A DNA stretch of 64,000 nt from Roseibacillus sp. GTDB lineage: Bacteria > Verrucomicrobiota > Verrucomicrobiia > Verrucomicrobiales > Akkermansiaceae. A program made the position numbers and the translations under genes. Below, one piece after another: positions 1 through 10,090 of the stretch (position 1 is its first letter; every line of letters begins with the position of its first letter). The notes beneath the pieces are model-generated. The model was not told the DNA's origin. It saw nothing but the letters and a program-made list of their open reading frames with translations, and did not search any database. The DNA is taken from contig JBPOGI010000007.1 in the NCBI GenBank assembly GCA_051251855.1, positions 64,001 to 128,000 of the forward strand. Direction: 5' to 3'.

Positions 1-374
1 ATCATCACCGTGATCTCGGGCGCCGAAATCGTTCGTTCATCGACACTCTCATCAGTGCCACGCTTCAGGTCCCTGTTTTTCTGTCCCCGCAACCAATCAA
101 TGGCCACATTCCGAATCACGACTGCCAACCAACTGCGAAACTTGGAATCTTCCGATTGCTTTTGGTAAGTGCCGAGTCTCTGCCAGAGTTTCAGAAACAC
201 CTGCTGCCTCACATCATCGATATCGGGCTCTCGAAATCACATATTCCTCAATACGGCGTCGATGAAAGGCTCGTAAAACTGAAGAAACTCATTCCAGACG
301 TCATGCTCCGAAGAGGTCGTCACCCGCTAAATCATCGACGGCTGGGTGAGCATGGTGGAATGGTTTGTTGCCAT
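1..374 (-). pseudogene. ECF-type RNA polymerase sigma-70 factor, 5' part, with two in-frame stops; continues beyond window start
   Basis: Manual translation from ATG 374: MATNHSTMLTQPSMI*RVTTSSEHDVWNEFLQFYEPFIDAVLRNM*FREPDIDDVRQQVFLKLWQRLGTY...SKFRSWLAVVIRNVAIDWLR. This is an ECF region-2 signature (DDxxQxxFxxxW, FxxWLxxxxRNxxxD). TAG at 329-327, TGA at 239-237. Confidence 0.8.
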
Positions 375-669
375 CTTTTGTCTTTAGAAGGAAAAGAGTT
401 AGTAAAGCCTAAATACAGCTCTGTGATGAGAGGTTTATCACCCTAAGATAATGAAGGTTATTCCAGTTCAACTCTCCTGAAAAGTCCCACCTCATTGAAT
501 TCGACCTCAGCACCCTCACTCATTGAATCAGTCCCTTCGCAGCCTTCTCCTAAGACCATTTCAAAAAAAGGAAACAAGCTCATTCTCAAAAAGCGACTCC
601 GAACCAACCCTTTTATTGGGTAGGAGAATCTATTGAAAATCCCCCTCATCTCTGCCAGCTTCCGCCCAC

Positions 670-2166
670 ATGAAAGGAATTTGCTATCTCGTCGGCGCTG
701 GCCCCGGAGACATCGGTTTGACCACCATCAAGGCCAAGGAATGCATCGAGACCTGTGACGTCCTCGTTTACGACGCCCTGAGCAGCGCCGAACTCCTCAA
801 TTGGACCAAACCCGGCTGCGAAAAAATCTTTGCGGGCAAGCGCGCTAAGGACCACGCCATCCCCCAGGACCAAATCAATGACCTCATCGTGAAAAAGTCC
901 CTCGAAGGAAAATCCGTCTGTCGACTCAAAGGTGGCGACCCCATGATTTTCGGACGCGGCGGCGAGGAAGCAGCCGAACTCGCTGAGGCCGGCGTCCCCT
1001 TCGAGATCGTGCCTGGAATATCCTCCACCATCGGCGGCCCCGCCTACGCCGGCATCCCCGTCACCCACCGCGCCCACAATACCCAACTCACCATCTTCAC
1101 CGGGCACGAAGACCCGACTAAGGACGAGTCCTCCTTCGACTACGACCAACTCGCCAAAGCACCCGGCACTAAAGTCTTTGTGATGGGAGTGGCTCGCTTA
1201 CGCGAAATCACCACCAAGTTCATCGAACACGGCGCTGCACCTGACACCCCCATAGCCCTCACGCGCTGGGCCACTACTGGTCGGCACCGTACCATCACCG
1301 GCACTCTCACCGACATCGCCGATACCGCCGAGCGCGAAAACTTCAAGTCCCCCGCCGTCGCCGTCATCGGCACCGTCGTTAACGAGCGCGAGAAGATCAA
1401 CTGGTTCGAGAGTCGCCCTCTCTTTGGCAAGCGCATCGTCGTCACCCGCACCCGTGAGCAAGCGGGCAAGCTCTCCAAGCAGCTCAGCAACCTTGGTGCG
1501 GATGTGATCGAGCTTCCTACCATCCGTATAGAGAACCCTGACGACACCCTCGATTTCGCCGAATCTGTTCGCGACGCTCATACCTACGACTGGCTCGTCT
1601 TCACCAGCCCCAACGGAGTCGAACGCTTCTTCGAAGGCTTCTACGCCATCTACAAAGATGCTCGCAGTCTCGGCGGACCCAAAATCGCCGCCATCGGGCC
1701 CGCCACCGTTGCAAAGATCAACGAATATCGTTTCACCGTCGATCTCGTGCCCGACAAGCACGTCGCCGAGGGTCTTCTTGATGCCTTCAAAGACCAATTC
1801 GTTGATAGCCAGACCATCCTCTGGGTCAAAGCCGACGAAACCCGCATGGTTATCGCCGACGGCCTGAATGCTCTCAACGCAATCGTCGACATCTGCGTCG
1901 CCTACAAAACCGTCCCCGAAACCGAGGACCCCACGGGCGCACGCGAGATTCTTGAAAAAGAAGGTGCCGACTTCATCACCTTCACCAGTGGCAGTACTGC
2001 CGAGCACTTCTTTGCAATGGGGATTCCCCTCCCCGAACACTGCAAGCTCGCCTCCATCGGTCCCGTCACGAGCAAAACCCTCACCACACTCGGGCACACT
2101 CCTCACATCGAAGCCAAGTCTCACGACATCCCTGGACTCGTCGAAGCGATCCTCGAATCCGAGTAA
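670..2166 (+). CDS. cobA/hemD: Bifunctional uroporphyrinogen-III C-methyltransferase / uroporphyrinogen-III synthase
   Basis: YLVGAGPGD, RLKGGDPMIFGRGGEE, GIPVTHR motifs; HemD half begins PLFGKRIVVTR and contains FTSPNGV. Confidence 0.95.
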   Translation: MKGICYLVGAGPGDIGLTTIKAKECIETCDVLVYDALSSAELLNWTKPGCEKIFAGKRAKDHAIPQDQINDLIVKKSLEGKSVCRLKGGDPMIFGRGGEEAAELAEAGVPFEIVPGISSTIGGPAYAGIPVTHRAHNTQLTIFTGHEDPTKDESSFDYDQLAKAPGTKVFVMGVARLREITTKFIEHGAAPDTPIALTRWATTGRHRTITGTLTDIADTAERENFKSPAVAVIGTVVNEREKINWFESRPLFGKRIVVTRTREQAGKLSKQLSNLGADVIELPTIRIENPDDTLDFAESVRDAHTYDWLVFTSPNGVERFFEGFYAIYKDARSLGGPKIAAIGPATVAKINEYRFTVDLVPDKHVAEGLLDAFKDQFVDSQTILWVKADETRMVIADGLNALNAIVDICVAYKTVPETEDPTGAREILEKEGADFITFTSGSTAEHFFAMGIPLPEHCKLASIGPVTSKTLTTLGHTPHIEAKSHDIPGLVEAILESE

Positions 2167-2174
2167 AGCTCAAC

Positions 2175-2264
2175 TGGAGGGGCGGCCTTTACTGCCGCCC
2201 GATTCGTTGCAGGCGGCAATAAAAGCCGCCTCTCCATTCCTATGACGAATCAAGTCGTCAATCC
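2175..2264. repeat. REP-like inverted doublet (GGAG type) plus second palindrome, between convergent genes; may also terminate transcription
   Basis: TGGAGGGGCGGCCTTTACTGCCGCCC (2175-2200), inverted copy AGGCGGCAATAAAAGCCGCCTCTCCA (2211-2236), then ATGACGAATCAAGTCGTCAATCC; both units recur at 23404-23464. Confidence 0.7.
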
Positions 2265-2909
2265 TCAAGCTTCGTAGTCGCTCAAGTTGTCCGCAATATG
2301 CACTGCATGGTCGCCAATTCTCTCTAGCGAACGCGCCACAAACATGAGGTGAATCAACTCCTTGTAGTTCTCAGGGTTCCCCTCAATCGCCGAAGTGTAA
2401 GTCTTACGCGCCTTCTTATAGAGCTTATCGATCTCATTATCCTCCTCTCCCAACTCAGAAACCATATCCGGGTTGTTGTCGCTATAAGCTACGATGGCCT
2501 GCCCCAAGGCTTGATCCGCCTTCAAGTAAATCGGCTCCAAAAGGTTCACCTCTGCCACCTCAGCAATCGCCAAAATTTTGGGAGCCCTCTTCGCAATCTT
2601 TACCACATGGCTAGAAATACGTTCAAGGTTCGCGGCTACCTTCATCGAAGCGAGAACAAAACGCAGGTCCGAAGCCACGGGCTGAAAGCGAACAATCACA
2701 TTCATGGAATCCTCATCGATACGTGATGCTAAAGAAGTCATTTCATCCTGACTCGCCAATACCTCCGCGACCTTATCCAACTCTCGCTTGAGGAGAGCGT
2801 CGATGGAAAGATGTAAATTCGTGCGGCAAAGGACTCCCAGTTCAAGGACATCCTCTTTCAATCCGGTGAGAGCTTCATCAAAGCTCGCTAAAATGTGTTT
2901 ACCTGGCAT
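2265..2909 (-). CDS. phoU: Phosphate signalling complex protein PhoU
   Basis: QPVASDLR, LERISSH and LERIGDHAVHIA repeats; downstream of pstB. Confidence 0.93.
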   Translation of the reverse strand: MPGKHILASFDEALTGLKEDVLELGVLCRTNLHLSIDALLKRELDKVAEVLASQDEMTSLASRIDEDSMNVIVRFQPVASDLRFVLASMKVAANLERISSHVVKIAKRAPKILAIAEVAEVNLLEPIYLKADQALGQAIVAYSDNNPDMVSELGEEDNEIDKLYKKARKTYTSAIEGNPENYKELIHLMFVARSLERIGDHAVHIADNLSDYEA

Positions 2910-2993
2910 AAGAAAAAATTGGGGTGCTTCTATTTGTCAGAAACAACTTCGATAGTTTGAGCCTACTACAGAGTCGGTGACTTCGCATTATTT

Positions 2994-3824
2994 TTATCCA
3001 AAGCGGCCACTGATGTAATCTTCCGTTTGCTTCTGCTGAGGAGTACTAAAGAGGCTCGCAGTGGTATCATACTCGATCAACTTACCGAGATAGAAGAAGG
3101 CTGTATTATCCGAAATACGCGACGCCTGCTGCATACTGTGAGTCACAATCACGATGGTGTAGTCCTCTCGGAGTTCCATAATGAGCTCCTCCACCTTGGC
3201 AGTCGCAATTGGATCGAGCGCAGAACAAGGCTCATCCATCAAGATAACATGAGGCTGCACCGCAATCGCACGCGCAATACAAAGACGCTGCTGCTGACCA
3301 CCCGAGAGACCAAAAGCACTGGTATTCAGTCTATCTTTCACTTCATCCCACAAAGCCGCCCCTTTCAGGCTCCGCTCTACAATCGCTTCTAACTCTTTCT
3401 TATCCCGAATACCTTGGATACGCGGGCCATACGAGACGTTCTCGAAAATCGACTTCGGGAAGGGATTATACTTTTGAAACACCATCCCTACCTGCTTGCG
3501 CAACTCAATAACATCCACCTCAGGAGAATGAATCTCCTGCCCCATAATCTTAATCTCACCGCTCGTCACTTTCGCAGTATCGATGAGGTCGTTCATGCGA
3601 TTGAAACAACGAAGAAAGGTCGACTTACCACAACCCGAGGGCCCGATAAATGCCGTTACCTGCTTCTCGGGAATATCGAGGGTGATGTGATCCAGGGTGT
3701 TGGTCTTGCCGTGGTCGTAACTGAAACTGAGGTCGGAGACCTCGATCATCGTCTTTCCCTCCACCGCGCCAATGACGGCTTCGTCAGGCATCTCTTCTCC
3801 TAAAACTTCGGTTTCTTGATTCAT
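2994..3824 (-). CDS. pstB: Phosphate ABC transporter ATP-binding protein
   Basis: [33 protein letters not shown]-terminal [10 protein letters not shown]. Confidence 0.97.
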   Translation of the reverse strand: MNQETEVLGEEMPDEAVIGAVEGKTMIEVSDLSFSYDHGKTNTLDHITLDIPEKQVTAFIGPSGCGKSTFLRCFNRMNDLIDTAKVTSGEIKIMGQEIHSPEVDVIELRKQVGMVFQKYNPFPKSIFENVSYGPRIQGIRDKKELEAIVERSLKGAALWDEVKDRLNTSAFGLSGGQQQRLCIARAIAVQPHVILMDEPCSALDPIATAKVEELIMELREDYTIVIVTHSMQQASRISDNTAFFYLGKLIEYDTTASLFSTPQQKQTEDYISGRFG

Positions 3825-3830
3825 CTCGAA

Positions 3831-5474
3831 CTACCACTTTAATTTACTGCGCATACGGATACGCAACCATACGGAAAGCCCTGCAAAGGACATCACAAAA
3901 AGCATAAAGACCAACACCGCCCCATCCTGCATCGGACGGGTGTATTCCGATTGCGGAATGCGAGCCGCCACCGTGTAAATATGATAGGGCAGCGCCTGCA
4001 CTGACTGCGACATAAACTCGAAGAACCAACCTAACCCCGCGCGATTGATCCCTTCCCAAGGCAAAAGCGAACGCTCGGCCAGGGCCGCCGTGAACATAAT
4101 GGGCGCCGTCTCTCCCGCAACCCTCGTAATTCCCAAAACCGAGGCCGTCAGAATCCCCGGCATCGCGTAGGGCAAGACTGCAGTTCGAATCGACTGCCAT
4201 TTCGTCGCCCCCAGAGCCAGAGAAGCCTCGCGATACCCTTTCGGAACCGCCCGCAAGGATTCCTCGCAGGCTGTGATAATCACCGGTAACACCATCACCG
4301 CGAGCGTGAAGCCACCCGCCAACATGCAAGTCCCCCACCCCTCAAAACTGAGATACCAACGACCATTCCAAACCGCCTTGGAGCGATTCGCATTGGCGAG
4401 GCGAATCCCGTCCTTAATAGGTTCACCCTTCACCACCAAAATATCACGTTCAATTTGCTGGCGAACCGAAGGCTCCGAAAAAGAGGGCCACAACGGCACT
4501 CGAATCGCATCACGCACCGCCACCACATTCGTGACCTTGGGAGCGAGAAAGACAAAGAGCATCAATCCAAAAAGCCCGAAGACAATCGAAGGAACACCCG
4601 CCAAGTTTAAAATCGCGAGACGAACCACGCCCAAAAAGGAGCCCTGCTTCGCGTACTCACTGAGATAGACACTGGCCGCAACCCCCACGAAGAGAGCCAC
4701 AACCATACAAATAATCACTAACAAAGCAGTGCCTATTAAGGGACCTAGTACCCCGCCAGCAGAGTAGGAATGAGTCTCCTCATCCACATCCTTCAATGCT
4801 TCGGGATTCAGGCCCTTGATTTTGAAAGAGATGGAAGAAGGCATTTCCAAAGCCGCTTTCTCAGCAAGGGAAAACCGCTTACGAGGATCGGAAACGGTCA
4901 CTGCCTGAGGATCGCGAATCGTCAAGTTGGCCGCAGCCGTTTGAAAGGATTCAAAGTCCACCGTGTCCATCATTCCTGCCAAAGCCTTTTTTACCTCAAT
5001 CGTCACCTCCCCATTTGGGTAACGCTTCAAGTAGTCGAACTTGGCTCCGGTCACTCCTTCCAAATCTCGCACCGACCCCAATGGGATACGATAGTCGCCC
5101 TCAGGAACGGCAAAAGTGGTGCGCTCTCGCTCGACCTCAAAGTTCTCTACGTTCGTGAATTTCGCCTGCGGATTCGAACGCTCCAAACGAGCAAAATCAG
5201 CCGGTGCTAACTCCAAGGGAGTATCGGCCGCAATCTTGAGCACAAAAAGAGTCTCCGGACTCTCGGTAATGAAGCTGGAACCATACTTCATCAACACCGG
5301 CACCCCGCGAACCGCGATGGTGCCGAAAATAATTCCCGCAATGAGAAGCACGAACCACGTCGAAGACCAAAGAACAGCTCGCTGAACCTTCTCCACTTTT
5401 TGCAAAGAACTCTCACGCGCTCCAAAAGGGTTGGAGGCGTTCGCTTTCTGTAGGGCTGTTTTCTTTTCCTTCAT
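3831..5474 (-). CDS. pstA: Phosphate ABC transporter permease PstA with large insertions
   Basis: [34 protein letters not shown]; start set at ATG 5474, overlapping the pstC stop (ATGA). Confidence 0.93.
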   Translation of the reverse strand: MKEKKTALQKANASNPFGARESSLQKVEKVQRAVLWSSTWFVLLIAGIIFGTIAVRGVPVLMKYGSSFITESPETLFVLKIAADTPLELAPADFARLERSNPQAKFTNVENFEVERERTTFAVPEGDYRIPLGSVRDLEGVTGAKFDYLKRYPNGEVTIEVKKALAGMMDTVDFESFQTAAANLTIRDPQAVTVSDPRKRFSLAEKAALEMPSSISFKIKGLNPEALKDVDEETHSYSAGGVLGPLIGTALLVIICMVVALFVGVAASVYLSEYAKQGSFLGVVRLAILNLAGVPSIVFGLFGLMLFVFLAPKVTNVVAVRDAIRVPLWPSFSEPSVRQQIERDILVVKGEPIKDGIRLANANRSKAVWNGRWYLSFEGWGTCMLAGGFTLAVMVLPVIITACEESLRAVPKGYREASLALGATKWQSIRTAVLPYAMPGILTASVLGITRVAGETAPIMFTAALAERSLLPWEGINRAGLGWFFEFMSQSVQALPYHIYTVAARIPQSEYTRPMQDGAVLVFMLFVMSFAGLSVWLRIRMRSKLKW

Positions 5475-7438
5475 GATTTGCTCCCGTAGCGTTTCAGAAT
5501 TTGTTGAGCGATTGAGTTCAAACCTAACGAAATCGTAAAGAGCACCATTCCGACCATAAAGAGCGCGCGCCAATGGAGAGAGCCTTGCTCTACTTCACCG
5601 GTCTCCTGCGCAATGATTCCCGTCATGGTGTGGGTAGGCTGAGCAATAATTCCCAATCCTTCCGCAAACTCGGGCATCGCAATCTTATTACCCGCCACCA
5701 AGAGCACCACCATGGTCTCACCAATAATGCGTCCAAATCCGAGCAAAACAGCTGCAATAATTCCCGAAAGCGCGGTCGGCACAATCACTTTTAGAATCGT
5801 CTGCAAGCGCGTGCTCCCCAATGCCAAAGAAGCATCACGATAGGCCTTGGGCACGTTGTTAAGCGCATCCTCTGCTAGCGTGAAAATGGTAGGAATAGAC
5901 ATGAAGGCCAGTAGCAACCCCGCGTTGAGGGCATTGAGACGCTCCTGCATCGGGAAGCCGGGAATCCAAGACAAAAACTCTAACTGACTGAAGTCCCGCA
6001 GAAAATCACCCAGCACCACAATTCCGAAGAATCCTAACACGATTGAAGGAATGGCCTGAATGAACTCGATCGTTGGCTTGATGAGGTTCTGCTCGCGAGG
6101 CCCCGCGATCTGATTCACGTAAATCGCGGAAGCCACCGAAAAAGGAACCGCGATAAAGATCGCAATCAGCGCAATCATGCACGAACCAGAAAACAAAGGC
6201 ATGAGACCATAGACATCGTTCCAGCTCGAGTTCGTCACCCACTCAGTTCCCAGGAAAAAGGTGGTCACCGAGTGCCACATCCCAATCTCATTCTTGTGAG
6301 ACCAATCCGCCGCTTGCTGGCCAAGATGCGCAAACTGCTTCTCAAACTTGGCCTCGACCTCCGGCAGCCCTGCCAAAATCTCATTCGAACTCTTGGCTGC
6401 CACTTGCTTGGGAAACTTTTGAACCAACTCTCGAGTCTGCGCGAAAAGCTGCTTTCGAACAGCGACATGCTCATCGCGTTTGGCATAGACAGCCTCGGTC
6501 ATCGCATCTGGGTCCGGCTCGGAGAGTTCAATAGCCGCCGCCCGAGCCAACATATCTGCTTTCTTGGCGGCGTCATCCGTCAAGCTCGCCCCGTCTTCGA
6601 GCGCCTTCTTGCGTCGAGGAGCCGTCTGCGACTTCTCCACCTCTTTCCGGTTGTCCGCCGTAGTAGACCGCAGGCCACTCCAAAGTTCTTCGAGCGGACT
6701 CTGCGCCGCCACCAACTCCCTCACCGCAGCTCCAAATTCGGCATACTTTTCCGCAGCTGCCCCCTGCTTCGATTCAATGGTCTCTTCCAGCTCCGCCAAC
6801 CACGGCGACTCCTCGCCCGCCAACGTTCGCACCACACTGCGCCTCGCATCAGCGAAATCCGCGGCCGCAGGCTTGACCTTGTTGCGCTCTAAATCATCCA
6901 AGAAAGTAGCCTCCCCCGCCTTCTTCACCGCCTCTTGATAAGCCTTTTTCGCCAGCTTGACTTCCGCCAAAGCCGCATCCAGCGCCTCTCCGCCCACAAA
7001 CTCCATCACCCCTGCTTTTTCCTCTGCTTTTTTGAGCGCCCGTTTCTCATCCTCCACCTTCTCCCGAATCAAGCCCTTCAGCTCCTGCACCACCTCCAAC
7101 AACGCCAACTCCCCTTCAGCGGCTTCCCGAATCTGCAGATTATAAGCCTGGGTCGCTTGCGAGGTGATTTTTCGATGAGCTTTGAGCTCCGCATCCATAT
7201 AACCTACATACTCCTGCCCCGTATTTCGATAGGCCCGAAGTTCCTCCAAATGCCGGGGAAAAAAGAAAAACGCCTCCTTCGCCAAAAAGGCCGAAATGAG
7301 AATCAAGACCACGATCGCCACCATCGCATTTCCGCCAAAGAAATAGCGGATTAGATCCTGCAGGCCCTTGCCTAGGATATTAAAGCCCGCTTTTTTGCGG
7401 AAGGCCTTCGCCTCACCTGTCACGGTGGTTTTTGACAT
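5471..7438 (-). CDS. pstC: Phosphate ABC transporter permease PstC with long extracytoplasmic helical insertion
   Basis: [32 protein letters not shown] motifs. Confidence 0.93.
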   Translation of the reverse strand: MSKTTVTGEAKAFRKKAGFNILGKGLQDLIRYFFGGNAMVAIVVLILISAFLAKEAFFFFPRHLEELRAYRNTGQEYVGYMDAELKAHRKITSQATQAYNLQIREAAEGELALLEVVQELKGLIREKVEDEKRALKKAEEKAGVMEFVGGEALDAALAEVKLAKKAYQEAVKKAGEATFLDDLERNKVKPAAADFADARRSVVRTLAGEESPWLAELEETIESKQGAAAEKYAEFGAAVRELVAAQSPLEELWSGLRSTTADNRKEVEKSQTAPRRKKALEDGASLTDDAAKKADMLARAAAIELSEPDPDAMTEAVYAKRDEHVAVRKQLFAQTRELVQKFPKQVAAKSSNEILAGLPEVEAKFEKQFAHLGQQAADWSHKNEIGMWHSVTTFFLGTEWVTNSSWNDVYGLMPLFSGSCMIALIAIFIAVPFSVASAIYVNQIAGPREQNLIKPTIEFIQAIPSIVLGFFGIVVLGDFLRDFSQLEFLSWIPGFPMQERLNALNAGLLLAFMSIPTIFTLAEDALNNVPKAYRDASLALGSTRLQTILKVIVPTALSGIIAAVLLGFGRIIGETMVVLLVAGNKIAMPEFAEGLGIIAQPTHTMTGIIAQETGEVEQGSLHWRALFMVGMVLFTISLGLNSIAQQILKRYGSKS

Positions 7439-7577
7439 CGGAGTTTTGAGGTAGTCTGGACGCTTGCGAGTTGTAAAGAACGGACTCTTGGGTTCAGACC
7501 TGCGAGACTAGAAGACCGTTCGAAATCTTTCAAATCGGAAGGAGAATCGAATTCTACTTCCCCTCTCTTAATAAATG

Positions 7578-7610
7578 AAAAAGGCGCCGGCTCTTACCTA
7601 CCAGCGCCTC
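7578..7610 (-). terminator. Stem-loop after pstS (terminator or mRNA stabiliser)
   Basis: Minus strand GAGGCGCTGG...CCGGCGCC followed by TTTTT. Confidence 0.55.
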
Positions 7611-7631
7611 TGAGATTTTATTTAAGCGATT

Positions 7632-8444
7632 CTACTTCTTAGCGGAAACGAATCCCACCTTTTCAATCACCTTTTGGGCAGTATCGTCGGTCTTTACCCA
7701 ATTCAAAAACTTCGCAACTTCACCGTCAGGCTCTCCCACAGTGTAGAAGTAAAGATTGCGCGAGAGTGGGTATTCCTCTGGAGATTCCAAGGCCTTGCCC
7801 TCTACCAACACAGGAGCCAATCCATCATTCTTCGCATACGCCAAGCCAACGTATCCGATGCCATTAGGGTTCTTGCCAACTTCAGAAGCAATGGCCTCGT
7901 TTCCAGCCATCTTCTGAGTAGAGGAACCATAGTCCCGCTTATTCATCGCTAACTCTTGGAAGCTCTTGTAGGTGCCGGAAGAAGTATTGCGGGTGTAGAC
8001 CGAAATGGCACCTTTCTTCCCTCCAAGCTCACTCCAATCGGTGATCTCTCCCGTGAAAACGCCTTCTATCTGCTTCTTCGTGAGGTCTTTAACAGAATTC
8101 CCTTCGTTAACCACGACCGCAATCATATCGATCCCAGCCACATGCTCGATAAGCTCCTTACCCTTCGCGGTAAAGGAGTCCTTTTCTCCATCTTTAGAGC
8201 CACGCGAGCTCATCCCAATGTCGGCGGTTCCTTCCAATAAAGAGGTGAAGGCAGTAGAAGAGCCCTCGGCCGCAATCTCAAATTCGGTCGCATTCCCCAT
8301 CGCTTTGTAAACAGCGGTCAATTGAGGAACCATCTTAGCGCCAAGGGTATCTGAGCCCTTAATTACGATTTTCGATTGCCCCAAAGCGACTCCGCTTAGG
8401 AGAACTCCAGTGGCGAGGGTAGCAATAACAGTTTTTACTTTCAT
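7632..8444 (-). CDS. pstS: Phosphate ABC transporter substrate-binding protein
   Basis: Signal peptide, IKGSDT, GSSTA, ADIGMSSR, RNTSSGT, YPLSRNLYFY. Confidence 0.95.
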   Translation of the reverse strand: MKVKTVIATLATGVLLSGVALGQSKIVIKGSDTLGAKMVPQLTAVYKAMGNATEFEIAAEGSSTAFTSLLEGTADIGMSSRGSKDGEKDSFTAKGKELIEHVAGIDMIAVVVNEGNSVKDLTKKQIEGVFTGEITDWSELGGKKGAISVYTRNTSSGTYKSFQELAMNKRDYGSSTQKMAGNEAIASEVGKNPNGIGYVGLAYAKNDGLAPVLVEGKALESPEEYPLSRNLYFYTVGEPDGEVAKFLNWVKTDDTAQKVIEKVGFVSAKK

Positions 8445-8537
8445 AGTGTTGCAATTGTGGGTTCAGCCCGCAGCGATGAGCTGGTCCTGAACACGGGTCC
8501 AAAATGACGACTTCCTCTGGTCATGCGCATTCTTTTG

Positions 8538-8620
8538 TGTGACAGAATTGTCACAATAATCCGTCCTTGCTCTGTCAATTCACCTGCAATAAAGCCCTTT
8601 GTGACGATTTGGTAACAATT
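8538..8620. promoter_or_regulatory. Pho-box-like repeats between divergent pstS and porin genes
   Basis: TGTGACAGAATTGTCACA (8538-8555) and TGTGACGATTTGGTAACAA (8600-8618), each with GT(C/G/A)AC half-sites 11 bp apart; also CTGTCAA at 8572. Confidence 0.6.
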
Positions 8621-8675
8621 GTCTAGGAACCGGACCGCAATTCAACCGGCGAGGTGGCTCCGAAAAACACAGACC

Positions 8676-9920
8676 ATGCAACATACAAACAACATCAAGA
8701 CAGTGGGTCTTTTGGCCCTAGGTTTGAGCGGCTTCGCCTCGGCAGGCGATAGCTACAGCCCCATTGCTAACACTCCCGTCATGCAAGAAGAAGCCTCCTC
8801 CACCGGATGGTGCGACGGGCTTAAGTCCATCGGCAAGCTCTATAAGAATTCCGAGAACCCACTCATTCAAGAGTTCAGCGTCTTTGGTCGTCTTCAGTAT
8901 CAGGGAGCATGGGTCAATGGAGAAGACGAGAACGGTGACGATTTCGATGACTCCTATGACGAGTTCCGCCGCGTCCGGATCGGAGCCAAAGGAAAATTTC
9001 TGCAGTACTTTGACTTCAAAGCGAACATCAACCTCTTGAGCGACGGCCGCCCGTCTGGAAACGATCTCGATTGGGGAGTTGAAAACTTTGACGAAGCCCT
9101 GATTGGCTTCGACATCAAAAAGGCTTTCGGCATCGACCAACTTGACAAGCTTCACCTCAGCTACGGCCGGCACAAGTTTGCCATTTCTCACGAGGCCGTT
9201 GAGTCCTCCAAAAACATCGTGACCGTCGAGCGCTCGGCAATCTCCAACAAAGTCTACGGTTCAGATCGCCCCACCGGCTTCAAACTGAAAGCAGCGCAGG
9301 GACCTTGGAGTGCTCTCCTCGGAATCTACTCCACAGAAGTGAATGACAAGTTCATCGCGGATTGGGGCGGTTCTGTCGCGTATCAAGCAAGCTTGGGCTA
9401 TCAAGTCTCCGACGAGTTGAGCCTGCTCGCTGACTTCGCCTATAACGATGGTGATGTCTCCGGCACGGCCTGGGGATATAAGTGGGCCACTTCCTTAAGT
9501 GCTGTTTACGAGTCCGGACGATTTGGACTCGTGACTGACTTCATCTACGGTGACAACGGAGATGTAAACGACGGTCAAAATGTCGATCGCCAGGACAGTT
9601 TCTGGGGTGTGGTCGTCATTCCTCACTACTGGCTGGTCGAGGATCGTCTCCAAGCGGTTGCCCGCTATCAGTATCAAGGGTCTGATGGCTCCGAAGGCAT
9701 TCGCCTCAACAGCCGCTACGTGCGTCGTAACGATGACACCGGAGCGGCAATCAACAGCGGCCGCGGTGATTCTCACCACAGCATCTACGCTGGCCTCAAC
9801 TACTATCTCTGCGACAACAACGCCAAGTTTATGGCCGGTGTCGAATACGACAGCCTCGACACTCCCGACGGAGACGTGAGCGCGACCACATTCTGGCTTG
9901 CTTTCCGCACCTATTTTTAG
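8676..9920 (+). CDS. Phosphate-selective porin (OprO/OprP family)
   Basis: Signal peptide, EFRRVRIG, TVERSAI, beta-strand pattern, C-terminal Phe; divergent from pstS. Confidence 0.85.
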   Translation: MQHTNNIKTVGLLALGLSGFASAGDSYSPIANTPVMQEEASSTGWCDGLKSIGKLYKNSENPLIQEFSVFGRLQYQGAWVNGEDENGDDFDDSYDEFRRVRIGAKGKFLQYFDFKANINLLSDGRPSGNDLDWGVENFDEALIGFDIKKAFGIDQLDKLHLSYGRHKFAISHEAVESSKNIVTVERSAISNKVYGSDRPTGFKLKAAQGPWSALLGIYSTEVNDKFIADWGGSVAYQASLGYQVSDELSLLADFAYNDGDVSGTAWGYKWATSLSAVYESGRFGLVTDFIYGDNGDVNDGQNVDRQDSFWGVVVIPHYWLVEDRLQAVARYQYQGSDGSEGIRLNSRYVRRNDDTGAAINSGRGDSHHSIYAGLNYYLCDNNAKFMAGVEYDSLDTPDGDVSATTFWLAFRTYF

Positions 9921-9942
9921 GCCGACCAACTCCCTTCTATTT

Positions 9943-9977
9943 AAAAAAGGCCTTCAGGAAACTGAAGGTCTTTTTTT
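9943..9977 (+). terminator. Rho-independent terminator
   Basis: AAAAAAGGCCTTCAG-GAAA-CTGAAGGTCTTTTTTT. Confidence 0.85.
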
Positions 9978-10090
9978 GTAATCAATCAGCGCGAACCCTG
10001 AAGCTACCAGTCCAAAAACTCGCGCAATTTTCCCGATGGTAGAACCTCCCACACTGTGTTCAACTTTATGCACATCGCTCTTCCCCTCTG

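Noticed and set aside
237..239. In-frame TGA in the ECF sigma gene as selenocysteine or alternative genetic code
   Set aside because: Not a Cys/redox position, accompanied by an in-frame TAG, and TGA terminates many genes normally in this window.
156..649. ORFs 156-446 (+) and 458-649 (-)
   Set aside because: The first is antisense to the ECF pseudogene; the second has no recognisable features and lies in the divergent promoter region.
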